From positions 248,001 through 312,000 of IMG/VR virus record IMGVR_UViG_3300031884_000002: a stretch of DNA of 64,000 bases. One strand, given 5' to 3'. Positions 1-10,272 of this stretch are shown here, in pieces. Each line of letters starts with the position of its first letter. Within the stretch, counting starts at the first letter, position 1. Both the position numbers and the translations under genes were made by a program. A model generated the notes under the pieces. That model did no database searches. It was not told the origin of the DNA and was given only the letters and a program-made list of their open reading frames with translations.

Positions 1-32
1 TATATCAAAACGGACCTAGAATAGCATAATTT

Positions 33-1334
33 ATGACAATATTTTATCCAGTTGGTTCATTCATATATAGTAGAAATACTGCTAGTTCAAGTTATGTCGA
101 ACTAGCACTATCTACAAATCCAAATACAATTTTGTATATGGATACATCATCAAACATGAGTTTGATATCGTCGTCTGTGTTAGATTTAACATCGTCGGCA
201 GCAGTAAGTTCAAGTTGGGCTTTATCAGCATCATATGCGCCCGGAAGTCCATCGGTATCTGCTTCTTATTCCAACACTGCATCATATGCTAATCAAGCAT
301 CTAGTATGTCAATTAGTTCAAATGACGCATTAGGAACTTTATATTATGTGATGATGGCAACTGGATCATCAGGACAATCTCCTGTATATATAGATACAAT
401 TGATTTAGTATATAATCAAGCTACTTCTGTATTGACTACTACAAATCTATCGTCGTCGGCAACAGTTATTAGTGGAAGTGCAACTCAAAATCCATTATCT
501 GTAATTGGAAATAATAATTCATTTTGTGAAATTACTAATCAAAATTATTCTAGTGGAAATATAGCGTCATCAGATATTGTTGCTACGGCTGATATTGGAA
601 ATGATAATATTTATTATATTGATTTAGGAATCAATTCATCTGGATATAATGCATCTCAAATTGGAAATGCACTGGATTCATATATTTATGCAACCGGAAG
701 TAATAGTAGTAGTTTATATATAGGACACACTGATATTAGTGGTTCTGTTCATATTTTTGCCGGTAGCATTATAAACACTGGCTCTGGAATAGTTGTAACT
801 GGACAATCAATTACAACTACTCTTCCATTAATTGCATCTGTTTTTATAGTATCCTCCAGTAATACTTTACAGCCTATCTTTGTAAGTTCCAATTTAAATA
901 ACGAACTTGAAGCAATAGTTCAGAATCTAAATACAGGTGCTACTGCATCGGCAGATTTTGTATGTGTTAATGCATCGGGAAGTTATTTGACAAATAATTA
1001 CGTTGATTTAGGTATAAATGGACCGGGTTATGCAATTTCTCAATTTATTGGAGGACCAAACGATGCTTATTTATTTTCAACGGCAAGTAATTTTTATATA
1101 GGAAACATAACTCCAAATTATAATTTGTCATTATTTGCTGGAGGAACTATGTCAACTGCATCTATTACGGTAAACGGAACTACAAATAATATAGGAATTG
1201 GAATTGTCAATCCAGTTAATAAATTAGATGTGACTGGTAATATTTCATGTTCGGTAATAACTGCATCTATGGTATACGGCTCAAATCTAATTACTCCCGC
1301 ATTATCCATTGCATATGCAGTCGCATTGGGATAA
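33..1334 (+). CDS. Ser/Thr-rich tail fibre/virion structural protein
   Basis: 433 aa; SASYA/TASYA motifs, two YIDLGINxxGY repeats, C-terminal IGIGIVNPVNKLDVTGNISCSVITAS module shared with downstream fibres. Confidence 0.65.
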   Translation: MTIFYPVGSFIYSRNTASSSYVELALSTNPNTILYMDTSSNMSLISSSVLDLTSSAAVSSSWALSASYAPGSPSVSASYSNTASYANQASSMSISSNDALGTLYYVMMATGSSGQSPVYIDTIDLVYNQATSVLTTTNLSSSATVISGSATQNPLSVIGNNNSFCEITNQNYSSGNIASSDIVATADIGNDNIYYIDLGINSSGYNASQIGNALDSYIYATGSNSSSLYIGHTDISGSVHIFAGSIINTGSGIVVTGQSITTTLPLIASVFIVSSSNTLQPIFVSSNLNNELEAIVQNLNTGATASADFVCVNASGSYLTNNYVDLGINGPGYAISQFIGGPNDAYLFSTASNFYIGNITPNYNLSLFAGGTMSTASITVNGTTNNIGIGIVNPVNKLDVTGNISCSVITASMVYGSNLITPALSIAYAVALG

Positions 1335-1379
1335 AATAACGAAAATTACAAAATAGATTACTATTTATATGGAGAAACA

Positions 1380-1997
1380 ATGAAGATTCTAATACCAAAT
1401 TATATATTTAATGCATCGGCAAAACAAATCACTTTTCCGACATACACTGCTTTATCATTATCTTCATTTTTAATTATTACAGATACTACAGTAAACAAAA
1501 TAATTTATAATTTTGCTGACCCAACTGCGGGCGGAACTGTATCGGGAAATATATTAACATTAACCTATAATACGGTTGGACTGAGTAATTCTGACCAATT
1601 ATTGATATATTATGATGATGGAACGGTTCAAGCGAGAGACACTACACTTCAGTTAATGGAAAATCAAAATGATTTATTAAGAAGAATGGTGAAATTGTTA
1701 GAATCGCAAGGAACCGTGGATTTAAGTAATAGACAACGAGTTTCTTTGGATGCGGCCCCCGCAGCATTAACTATAGGTGTTATTAATACAGGTATAGGAA
1801 CTTTTAATTCGACTCTTTCAACTGCCACTACATCTAATGGGTGGCAAGTAGCAAACGGCGGTGCTGGATTCACTCCATACGCATTGACTAATTTATTTCC
1901 AATGCCTGTTGCGGAAGGACCTGTTGGGCAAGAGTGGAGAATCGCCGATAACGCTAGGAACACTTTCGCAAATGCAATTAGACCAAATATAAAATAA
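1380..1997 (+). CDS. virion structural protein (tail-fibre associated)
   Basis: 205 aa; N-terminal YxFNASAKQITF...IIYNFADP domain typical of phage tail-associated proteins; GGAGA RBS upstream. Confidence 0.5.
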   Translation: MKILIPNYIFNASAKQITFPTYTALSLSSFLIITDTTVNKIIYNFADPTAGGTVSGNILTLTYNTVGLSNSDQLLIYYDDGTVQARDTTLQLMENQNDLLRRMVKLLESQGTVDLSNRQRVSLDAAPAALTIGVINTGIGTFNSTLSTATTSNGWQVANGGAGFTPYALTNLFPMPVAEGPVGQEWRIADNARNTFANAIRPNIK

Positions 1998-2003
1998 TAA
2001 TTT

Positions 2004-4991
2004 ATGGCACAACAACCTCCTTATATAACTACACCATTCACATCTTCTCTGAGAAGAACCTTAGATTTACCAGTATGGGAATGGTTAAGATTTTCACCAA
2101 TTGCAACGGCTGCGGCTTTCTGCACATGTACTTCTGATATTGGCACGGATAGATACATTTATTATCTCACTACAACCGCAGCACCTACTACTTTTTATAG
2201 ATATGACACTTATACAGACGGTTGGCAACAATTATCTCCTCCAAACACCGCATTGTTAACGGTTGGTGACATGCAGTATACAATGTTTAATGGGTTTCGT
2301 TGTAGAGCATTGTCTGGTAGTAATGCTACCAATATAATAATGCCAGCACTAACCGGACAAGTATTATCGGGAAGTGTAATTAAAATACAAGAAGGAACTG
2401 GTAGAGGACAAGTAAATACAATAGCAAACGTATCAGACCCAATTATTCAGGATCAAGGAGTTTTAACTACTGCGACTGCAACTCAATTAACTGATACTAC
2501 TAAAAAATGGAAGTTTAATCAGTGGACTGGTTATCAAGTTAGATTGGTATTTGATGCGGGTGCATCACAAGTACGTAATGTTTTATATAATGATGCTACT
2601 AATTTATATTTAAGTGATACTAACTATCAGCAAATTGATAGTTGGAACAATACAGGATTTTCAGCAGTTTTACCATTTGCTATACCCGTTGCCACTGCTG
2701 GTTCTCAAACTTATTATACGATTGAAGCATCCAATGTAAGTATGTCGGCAGCATTTCCAATTGCTCCTGATGTAACTTCTAAATTGATAGTTCAAACCGG
2801 AGGAATATGGTTATTATCTGGGGCTGCTGGTGCTCCGTTTTTTACTCTTCAATATTATGATATTGCGGAAGATTCTTGGACCACTAAAACTGCAAATCAA
2901 ACAATTCTTGCGGGTGCCGCCACTGATTGTGCGCTTGAAAAAATAGTTGAAGAAGCTGGTGTATTTTATACTGGTTACTGTGGAAATCCATCTGGTTCTC
3001 TATTTTATTTGGCGGCACCATCTGCATCTGTATTTGATATAAATGCAACTGGGTCTGCATCTTTTCCAGTTGATAGATATGTAAATTATCAATGTCGTAT
3101 TGTAAGCGGCAGTGGAATGGGACAAAGACGACGTATTATAGCAATGACTGGTTCATCATTTCAAGTAGTTCCTAATTTTAGCCCAATGATAGACTCCAGT
3201 TCTATTTATTATATCTATGGAGATACTGATAAAATGTATGTTAATTTTGGAGGTAATGCTGCTCAATTTCAATATTTAGTAGAACCAGATTTATGGGCGT
3301 TAGGAGATGTGTCATATACTGGTCTTGCTAGAAACTGGTCAGCACAATGGAATGGATCGGCTTCATATGAGCCAATCGCATTATCAACATTGGTTAAAAA
3401 CACAGGTGCTATAATTTCTATGTCGGCAACTCCAAACATTGGAGGAAGCGGATATTATGTGGGAGATGTATTCAATTTAACTACTGGTGGCACTGTGGGT
3501 AAAGGACGTGTAACCCAAGTGGGAGTTAGTGCTTCATTAATGAATGCCGTTCAAGCCGTAGAATTATATTCGGTTGGAACCGGTTATTCAGTTGGAAACA
3601 GCGCAACTACAAACGTTTTAGGAACTGGTGCTGGATTAACAGTTCAAATTACGGCAGTAAGTTCTGCTGGAAGAGTAACTACTGCTACTAACCATTTTTT
3701 TCAACGAGGTGATGTTATTAACCTACAAGGAACCACCGACCAAACGTGGAACATTCCTTATACTATTTTAGGAGTTGATGGATTAACTACATTTGATATC
3801 ACTGGGTCATCTACCGCTGCTCCAACCGCAGTAAGTTCATCGGGTGCCGCTACATTTGTCGATTCGGCTGCCAACTGGCAACCTAATGAATTAGTTGGAA
3901 AACTTATTCATAAATATTTAGTAGGTGTTACTGGAACAAGCGAAGTAAAACGTATTATTAGTAACACTGGAAATACAGCAACAGTAACAAGTAACTGGGT
4001 GGCAAACCCAGTAAGCGGAACTGGACGATATTCAATTTATGAAGCCAAAGGATTTGGACGTGATGAACAGTTTAGAAATCCAGTTTATAATGGTCGTGGA
4101 TATGCAGTGAGTGGTTCTGGAAATACTCCAACTTCATCCATTTTATATGATACGTCTCATAATTGGGCCTATAATCAATGGTCCGGTTCAATTGTAAGAT
4201 TTACCGGAGGAACAGGAACAAACTCAGAATGTTTAATTTATACTAATACTTCACAATCATTAAGTTTTTCAACCTCTAGTATAACCGGTCAAACTGGAAC
4301 TTTAATTATTCCTGATACATCTTCAAAATATTTAATATATGATTCATTTGGTATTTGCACAGCGGCTGGAACTGCCACTACTTTAATAGATTATACAAAA
4401 AATTGGACGGTTAACCAATGGGCCGGTAAAAACGTAAGAGTTATTGGTGGAACTGATGCTGGATTTATTGAAGTTAAAGTAGCATCAAATACAAGTAATA
4501 CGTTGACAGTTGCGACTTTAACAACCGCAACTGCGGCAGATACTAATTATGTAATATATGGAGAAGCACCACGAAGTACTGGAATCGAAACCGTATGGGC
4601 GTTTGGAACTACGATTCCTAATCAAGCCGGAAAATACATATGGTGTCCAATAGGTGGTGGTTCTAATAGAATTAGTAGATATGATTTAACTCAACATCTA
4701 TGGGATTATGGTATTTTTATTCAACCAATATCAGAAACATTAACTACCGGAACTATGTATTGTTATGATGGTGTAAATAGAATATATTTTACTGTTAATG
4801 CTACGGGACGTGTAATGTATTTGGATATATCTGCTAATAAAGTTGTTCCATATGGAATGACTCCATATGCCCATGGTGCCGCTGCCATAGGCAATCGAAT
4901 GGAACTTATAAACAGTCCAGATGGGTTACAATTCATTGTTATATTCCGTCATACTGGACAGGAAGTTTGGAGAAGTTTGATTATTGTATAA
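2004..4991 (+). CDS. large virion protein with Kelch-like beta-propeller elements and internal DxxKxWxxNQW repeats
   Basis: 995 aa; FYRYDTYTDGW, LQYYDIAEDSW, ISRYDLTQHLW blade motifs; repeated LTDTTKKWKFNQWTG / LYDTSHNWAYNQWSG / LIDYTKNWTVNQWAG. Confidence 0.6.
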   Translation: MAQQPPYITTPFTSSLRRTLDLPVWEWLRFSPIATAAAFCTCTSDIGTDRYIYYLTTTAAPTTFYRYDTYTDGWQQLSPPNTALLTVGDMQYTMFNGFRCRALSGSNATNIIMPALTGQVLSGSVIKIQEGTGRGQVNTIANVSDPIIQDQGVLTTATATQLTDTTKKWKFNQWTGYQVRLVFDAGASQVRNVLYNDATNLYLSDTNYQQIDSWNNTGFSAVLPFAIPVATAGSQTYYTIEASNVSMSAAFPIAPDVTSKLIVQTGGIWLLSGAAGAPFFTLQYYDIAEDSWTTKTANQTILAGAATDCALEKIVEEAGVFYTGYCGNPSGSLFYLAAPSASVFDINATGSASFPVDRYVNYQCRIVSGSGMGQRRRIIAMTGSSFQVVPNFSPMIDSSSIYYIYGDTDKMYVNFGGNAAQFQYLVEPDLWALGDVSYTGLARNWSAQWNGSASYEPIALSTLVKNTGAIISMSATPNIGGSGYYVGDVFNLTTGGTVGKGRVTQVGVSASLMNAVQAVELYSVGTGYSVGNSATTNVLGTGAGLTVQITAVSSAGRVTTATNHFFQRGDVINLQGTTDQTWNIPYTILGVDGLTTFDITGSSTAAPTAVSSSGAATFVDSAANWQPNELVGKLIHKYLVGVTGTSEVKRIISNTGNTATVTSNWVANPVSGTGRYSIYEAKGFGRDEQFRNPVYNGRGYAVSGSGNTPTSSILYDTSHNWAYNQWSGSIVRFTGGTGTNSECLIYTNTSQSLSFSTSSITGQTGTLIIPDTSSKYLIYDSFGICTAAGTATTLIDYTKNWTVNQWAGKNVRVIGGTDAGFIEVKVASNTSNTLTVATLTTATAADTNYVIYGEAPRSTGIETVWAFGTTIPNQAGKYIWCPIGGGSNRISRYDLTQHLWDYGIFIQPISETLTTGTMYCYDGVNRIYFTVNATGRVMYLDISANKVVPYGMTPYAHGAAAIGNRMELINSPDGLQFIVIFRHTGQEVWRSLIIV

Positions 4992-5317
4992 TGCCATTTG
5001 TATATTATAATTGGGAACAAGTTAATATAAACTGGGAGGCTGAATCTCAGGTATGGGAGGCAGTTGGTTATATACTCAATGAGTTAGGAATACCTCTAGG
5101 AGCACCTCCTATTTCATTTGCAAATGAAATAGAATTACAAGAAAAGATTGACAGGTTAGAACATCAGAAAAAAGAAAAACTTATTTCGGTTTTAATTATG
5201 ATAGGAAATGAAGAGTATAAAGAAAAAAGAAAACAAAATAAGAATATAAAACTTAAAGTATCTGATATAAAAACTATTGCGGCACACCATGCTCTAAATG
5301 TAACTTTACAGAAATAA
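4991..5317 (+). CDS. hypothetical protein
   Basis: ORF track 4967..5317; in-frame ATG at 4991 overlaps the upstream TAA (TAATG), the likelier start. Confidence 0.6.
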   Translation: MPFVYYNWEQVNINWEAESQVWEAVGYILNELGIPLGAPPISFANEIELQEKIDRLEHQKKEKLISVLIMIGNEEYKEKRKQNKNIKLKVSDIKTIAAHHALNVTLQK

Positions 5318-5355
5318 TCATATATTTTTAGTATTTTATTCTATATTTATTATCA

Positions 5356-5940
5356 ATGAACGATTATTATAAAATAGAACTGGATAAAGCGTCTACCTTT
5401 GAATGTAACATTAAAGTCGAAGGTGCCAGCCTTAAAAAAACCAAAGTTAATTTGATAATGGAGTCTGATGATTTTAGCTTAAAATTTAAAGGGGATATTG
5501 ACGAAGATGGAAAAATAACAGTTCCATTATCAAAGTTAAAAGGAGTTATTGATGAAAATAAAAAGGGAAACTTATATCTCGAAGTAATTGCCGATGATAC
5601 ATATTTTACTCCATATGAGACAGAATACATAACCGAAATGTCTAAAAAAGTTGAAGTTGTATCTGTTAAAAACAAAAAAACACCAGTTCTTGCTGAAACA
5701 AGACAGCCCAAAGTTACAGTTCAAAATGTTAAAGATAGTAAATCTAATTTGATTTTGGAACATACCAAAACAATCGCTCATCAAATAATTTCAAGTAAAT
5801 TGAATATATCAAACTCCAAAGACAAGTCAAAAATATTAGAAATAGTTCTTAATTATTTACATAAGCATAATATAAACGAAAGCATTAACAAAGATATTAT
5901 TTATACTTTATTTAAGGTTATTTCAAAGATTAAGAAATAA
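5356..5940 (+). CDS. hypothetical protein
   Basis: 194 aa ORF preceded by TATTTAT motif. Confidence 0.65.
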   Translation: MNDYYKIELDKASTFECNIKVEGASLKKTKVNLIMESDDFSLKFKGDIDEDGKITVPLSKLKGVIDENKKGNLYLEVIADDTYFTPYETEYITEMSKKVEVVSVKNKKTPVLAETRQPKVTVQNVKDSKSNLILEHTKTIAHQIISSKLNISNSKDKSKILEIVLNYLHKHNINESINKDIIYTLFKVISKIKK

Positions 5941-5958
5941 TAAAAATATATATAAGTT

Positions 5959-6801
5959 ATGCCTTTGCCGTTTATATTAACAGGAAATACGGTTTCATCG
6001 ACCTATCCTAGATTGGTGCAAGTTGTAAGTAGTTCATTGTATGATGGACTTGGAAATCCTCTTACAGTATCAGCTTCAATTGCATTCAATGGAAATCGTG
6101 ATATAACCAGAGGAGAATTCACCGGATTAAATGTTGGTGGTGCCGATGTTGTTACTTTTTTAGATAATCTGTTTTTTCCATTTTCTCCTGCTACTGTATC
6201 TGATTCGGGCGGCGGATTATATGAAATCGGAACATCTCAAAACCCTTCTATTTTTTCATCTATATCAGTCAATAATGAAACTTTGTTTGGAACTGGAAGT
6301 GTATTCAAAAACTCTTCATTATGGAATACTCAAGCATCAATTCCTCCATATTCATTTACCTTTAATGATACTGGAATCACCACAAATACAACCTATCAAA
6401 CATTTATTCAGACCAATAATGATGGAAGCCCGACTATAATTTCATCAAATACTACCACTGTTTCATTTGTATATCCATATTTATGGGGAATGAATGTTAC
6501 ATCTGGATTGTCAGGAACGTCATTATATAATGCGTTCACGCCACAGATAATAAACCAGCCAAGTAGTCAGATAGTTAATCTTGTAGGAACTGCAACATAT
6601 ATATATTTTGCATATCCGTCAAGTTATCCTGATTTAACTTCTATATTAGACCCTAACAGTTTTCAAATCATAACTGATTTTACTAAAACTATAGTATCGG
6701 TCACAAGCACCGGATTAACTAATAATTGGACTACTAATTATAAAGTGTATCAAACGAATGTAATTGCAAGTCCAAGTGGAAATTACACATTTACATATTA
6801 A
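5959..6801 (+). CDS. virion structural protein (Ig-like/beta-rich)
   Basis: 280 aa; FVYPYLWG and YIYFAYPSSYPDLTSILDPNSF motifs seen in phage structural proteins; context. Confidence 0.55.
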   Translation: MPLPFILTGNTVSSTYPRLVQVVSSSLYDGLGNPLTVSASIAFNGNRDITRGEFTGLNVGGADVVTFLDNLFFPFSPATVSDSGGGLYEIGTSQNPSIFSSISVNNETLFGTGSVFKNSSLWNTQASIPPYSFTFNDTGITTNTTYQTFIQTNNDGSPTIISSNTTTVSFVYPYLWGMNVTSGLSGTSLYNAFTPQIINQPSSQIVNLVGTATYIYFAYPSSYPDLTSILDPNSFQIITDFTKTIVSVTSTGLTNNWTTNYKVYQTNVIASPSGNYTFTY

Positions 6802-6804
6802 CAT

Positions 6805-9800
6805 ATGCCAATTTCTATTATAAATGGATTCAATGTGACATCTGCCAATCCGGCAGATTTAAAAACCATTGTTCCTAATTCTGCAAGTATTGGCTACATT
6901 ACCGCTTCTTGGAGATATGATGGAATGCCAGTTTATAGCGTGGCAGAAGCGGCAGAATGGAGGTTAATTGGAGGTACTTCAAATTCTAATTGGGTAAATG
7001 TATCAAATAGCGGAAGCGTAGTTTCTTCAAGTTATTCATATACGTCTTCCATATCTCAAAATGCAATAACAGCATCATATATAAGTGGTTCGATTTCAAA
7101 TGTAATTTCATCAAGTTATTCAACTACTGCTTCATATGCATTAAATGGAAATAGTTCTGGAACTACACTAATTACAGGAGCAACATATCCTATTACTTCG
7201 AGTTGGGCGTTATCAAGTGTATATTCGGTTGCATCTGATTTTTCTGAATTATCACAGAACTCAATCACATCATCATATATTACTGCTTCCAATGTTATTG
7301 GAATCGTATCAAGCGCATCATATTCTTTAACTGCTTCGTATTTAACCGGATATTCAATTCCAATATTTGTATCATCTTCATTGAGTTCAAGTTTTGCAAG
7401 TCAATCTATTTCGTCGAGTTATTTGATTGGATATGTTCCTCCATTTTTGGTAACAAGTAGTATATCGGCATCATTTGCATCACAATCATTAAGTTCTTCG
7501 TATTTTATTGGATACTCTATACCTACTTTAGTATCAAGCTCAATTTCAAGTTCGTTTGCGTATAGTTCTATTACTTCTTCATATCTTATTGGATACATGC
7601 CTCCATTCTTAGTATCGAGTTCGATAAGTTCAAGTTTTGCATCTCAGTCATTATTTTCAACTACTGCATCATATTCCATTTCATCATCATATGAATTTAT
7701 ATCAGTATATTCAATCACATCAAGTTTCGCAACTCAATCTTTAAGTTCTAGTTATGCAAATACGGCATCATATTTAATTGGATATTCTATTCCCATTCTG
7801 GTAAGCAGTTCGATATCAAGTTCATTTGCATCACAATCATTAAGTTCGTCATATGCTAACAATGCTTCAACGGCATCTTATTTAATAGGATATGTCACAC
7901 CAACATTCGTGTCATATTCATTAAGTTCAAGTTTTGCCAGCCAGTCAATAAGTGCCTCATATGTTTCTTCTAGTAATATAATTGGAATAATTCCAAGTGC
8001 AAGTTATTCGACTACATCGAGTTATTCTTTAACTGCATCTTATATATCGGGACAAGTTACAGCAACTACTCAAAGTTTTATAATTAGTCCTAACAATTTA
8101 ACTTATGTATCTGCCAGTTCAACTTCAATCAGCGGAACTGTTGCTGGACTTCCAATTTTTACGGTTATAACTCAAAGTTCTCCGACATTACAAACCGGAA
8201 CCGGAAGTTTACTTCTCAACGCAAATATAAGCAGTTCCAATATAAATGTAGGAGTTCCTAATAATTCCTATCAATGGGGACAATCTCTGGTTGGTTCATA
8301 TTTTTCATCGTGGAATAGCAATACAAATGTTTCTGATATGTTAAGATTTTTCGCTGGCGCATTTAGTGCAAGTTATCCAAGTCCAACCCCAAATACAAAA
8401 ACGTTGGGAAGTGTTACCTTAAATAACAACTTGGGAGGCTCAACTGTTACTATAAACGGATATGTTCCATATAGTTCATCCAATGCTAATATAAATTATT
8501 TACAACCATTGGGATGGGCAAATGTTGGTAATACTATATTTCAAGGATATACATTCAAAAATGGAACGGGATATGTTTATTATAGTAGTAATACTGCCGG
8601 TAGTACAACGGTAAGTTCAAGTTTAGGAGCCAGTGCATTTGGTCTTGGAGCATTAACAACTGGTAACATTACAACCATAGATTTAAGTGGTTCATTTTTG
8701 TTAACCTTTATATCAAGTAGTGCTGGAACTATAAATTATACAAGTTCATCAGTAATACTAATGTCACAAGCAACCCAGAACTTAGCAACTTCGATTGCTA
8801 ATCCAATTGCAGTTAATAGTATTCCATCGGCAAATATAGCAGTAATTCCAGCCGTATATGAAGATGGATATTTTAATAATTTTACTGGCTCCAATTTAAC
8901 CAATAGTATAAGTTTATTATCGGTAAGTTCATCGGGATTATATGGATTTTCTGGATCAATTGGAATAAACTCAGGAAGTTCTCCTTATCAATATTTTACT
9001 CCTTCTCCATTAGCATATTATTATACACCGATTGCCGATGGTAATTTTACACAAACAATATCATCTCCAAATAGTTCATTAACTCAAGTAACCGCAGTGT
9101 CCCGCAGTTTTAGTGGAGTTCCATATTTAACCAATGCATCGGGGTATCATTATGTAGTAACTGCCAGTGGTGCTTTTGCTCCATTATATCTTAGTGGAAC
9201 TGTATCAACTACGACTATTCCGGGAAATACATTAACCTTATCCACTACAAGTTCAACTACATTAACTACCAATCCAACAATTCAAACTGCTGGATTGGTT
9301 AGATCGTCTAGTTTATTAGTAGCCAGAGCAACCGGCACATATCCATATGAAAGTGATTTGATTGTTTTTGATTTTGTAGCAAATACAGGAGGAACAGGAA
9401 CAACCGCAGCAGCATCTGGGTCGGCATTACAAACATTTACTATAAGTAATACAACATATAATAGAGCCAATTCTGGAACTGGAGTTGGAAGTCAAACTAT
9501 TCCAATTCATGTAGCTGGAACATTCGGACAACCATTAAGCAGTGGAAGTTTATTATATTACGGAAGAGCCGATGGATACACTACGTCGTCTCTATTATTT
9601 GGATTAGTATCTAATACCGAGCAATTTTTAGATGAAACCAATAGAATTAATTTAACCAATACAGTTTTGACTTTAAGTGGGTCATCATTTGTAAGTTCAT
9701 CCTATATTTCTGGTTCCGACTTACAAGTTAAACCCGGATTTCTGGTTAATTCATCGGCCACTGGTTCTTCTCATACTGGATATTGGTATCCTACGAACTA

Positions 9801-10269
9801 TGGAACTAATTATAAATATTATATTAGACATTTTCAAACTAACGCAGTCATAAATACTTTACAAATAGTATTAACCGGAGTTAATAATTTAGTAAGTTGG
9901 GCCGATACAAGTACCGTAAACAGCACAGCAGTTGCATTAATATTTGAAAGTGGAGATGCAAATAATTATACAAATTGTAGAGTGTATGATGTATTTAATA
10001 CAGCACAAGATTTGATTCAAGCAAATATAGCACCAACAAATCAAATATCATCTGGGACAAACCCATTTTCTTCTAATATAGATTTATATGGTAATAATGG
10101 GTCGGGAGCAAGTGTAGCAGGTTCAACGGTATTATTTCCATTACGAAGTGCAGATGGAGCAATATTAGATAGTACTAATGCGGGTCGAGATGAATTATAT
10201 GTATTGGTAAGATATAATGGAACTCCTACCACTCCATTAACAAATATAATATTATCTAAATATTCATAA
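6805..10269 (+). CDS. Ser-rich tail fibre/virion protein
   Basis: 1154 aa; N-terminal RYDGMPVYS..WRL head motif, ~28-aa tandem Ser-rich repeats, TYPITSSW module. Confidence 0.65.
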   Translation: MPISIINGFNVTSANPADLKTIVPNSASIGYITASWRYDGMPVYSVAEAAEWRLIGGTSNSNWVNVSNSGSVVSSSYSYTSSISQNAITASYISGSISNVISSSYSTTASYALNGNSSGTTLITGATYPITSSWALSSVYSVASDFSELSQNSITSSYITASNVIGIVSSASYSLTASYLTGYSIPIFVSSSLSSSFASQSISSSYLIGYVPPFLVTSSISASFASQSLSSSYFIGYSIPTLVSSSISSSFAYSSITSSYLIGYMPPFLVSSSISSSFASQSLFSTTASYSISSSYEFISVYSITSSFATQSLSSSYANTASYLIGYSIPILVSSSISSSFASQSLSSSYANNASTASYLIGYVTPTFVSYSLSSSFASQSISASYVSSSNIIGIIPSASYSTTSSYSLTASYISGQVTATTQSFIISPNNLTYVSASSTSISGTVAGLPIFTVITQSSPTLQTGTGSLLLNANISSSNINVGVPNNSYQWGQSLVGSYFSSWNSNTNVSDMLRFFAGAFSASYPSPTPNTKTLGSVTLNNNLGGSTVTINGYVPYSSSNANINYLQPLGWANVGNTIFQGYTFKNGTGYVYYSSNTAGSTTVSSSLGASAFGLGALTTGNITTIDLSGSFLLTFISSSAGTINYTSSSVILMSQATQNLATSIANPIAVNSIPSANIAVIPAVYEDGYFNNFTGSNLTNSISLLSVSSSGLYGFSGSIGINSGSSPYQYFTPSPLAYYYTPIADGNFTQTISSPNSSLTQVTAVSRSFSGVPYLTNASGYHYVVTASGAFAPLYLSGTVSTTTIPGNTLTLSTTSSTTLTTNPTIQTAGLVRSSSLLVARATGTYPYESDLIVFDFVANTGGTGTTAAASGSALQTFTISNTTYNRANSGTGVGSQTIPIHVAGTFGQPLSSGSLLYYGRADGYTTSSLLFGLVSNTEQFLDETNRINLTNTVLTLSGSSFVSSSYISGSDLQVKPGFLVNSSATGSSHTGYWYPTNYGTNYKYYIRHFQTNAVINTLQIVLTGVNNLVSWADTSTVNSTAVALIFESGDANNYTNCRVYDVFNTAQDLIQANIAPTNQISSGTNPFSSNIDLYGNNGSGASVAGSTVLFPLRSADGAILDSTNAGRDELYVLVRYNGTPTTPLTNIILSKYS
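7330..7950 (+). repeat. degenerate ~28-aa (84-nt) coding tandem repeat SYLIGYxxPxLVSSSISSSFASQSLSS, about 6-7 copies
   Basis: visible in the translation of 6805..10269; boundaries approximate. Confidence 0.75.
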
Positions 10270-10272
10270 TTT

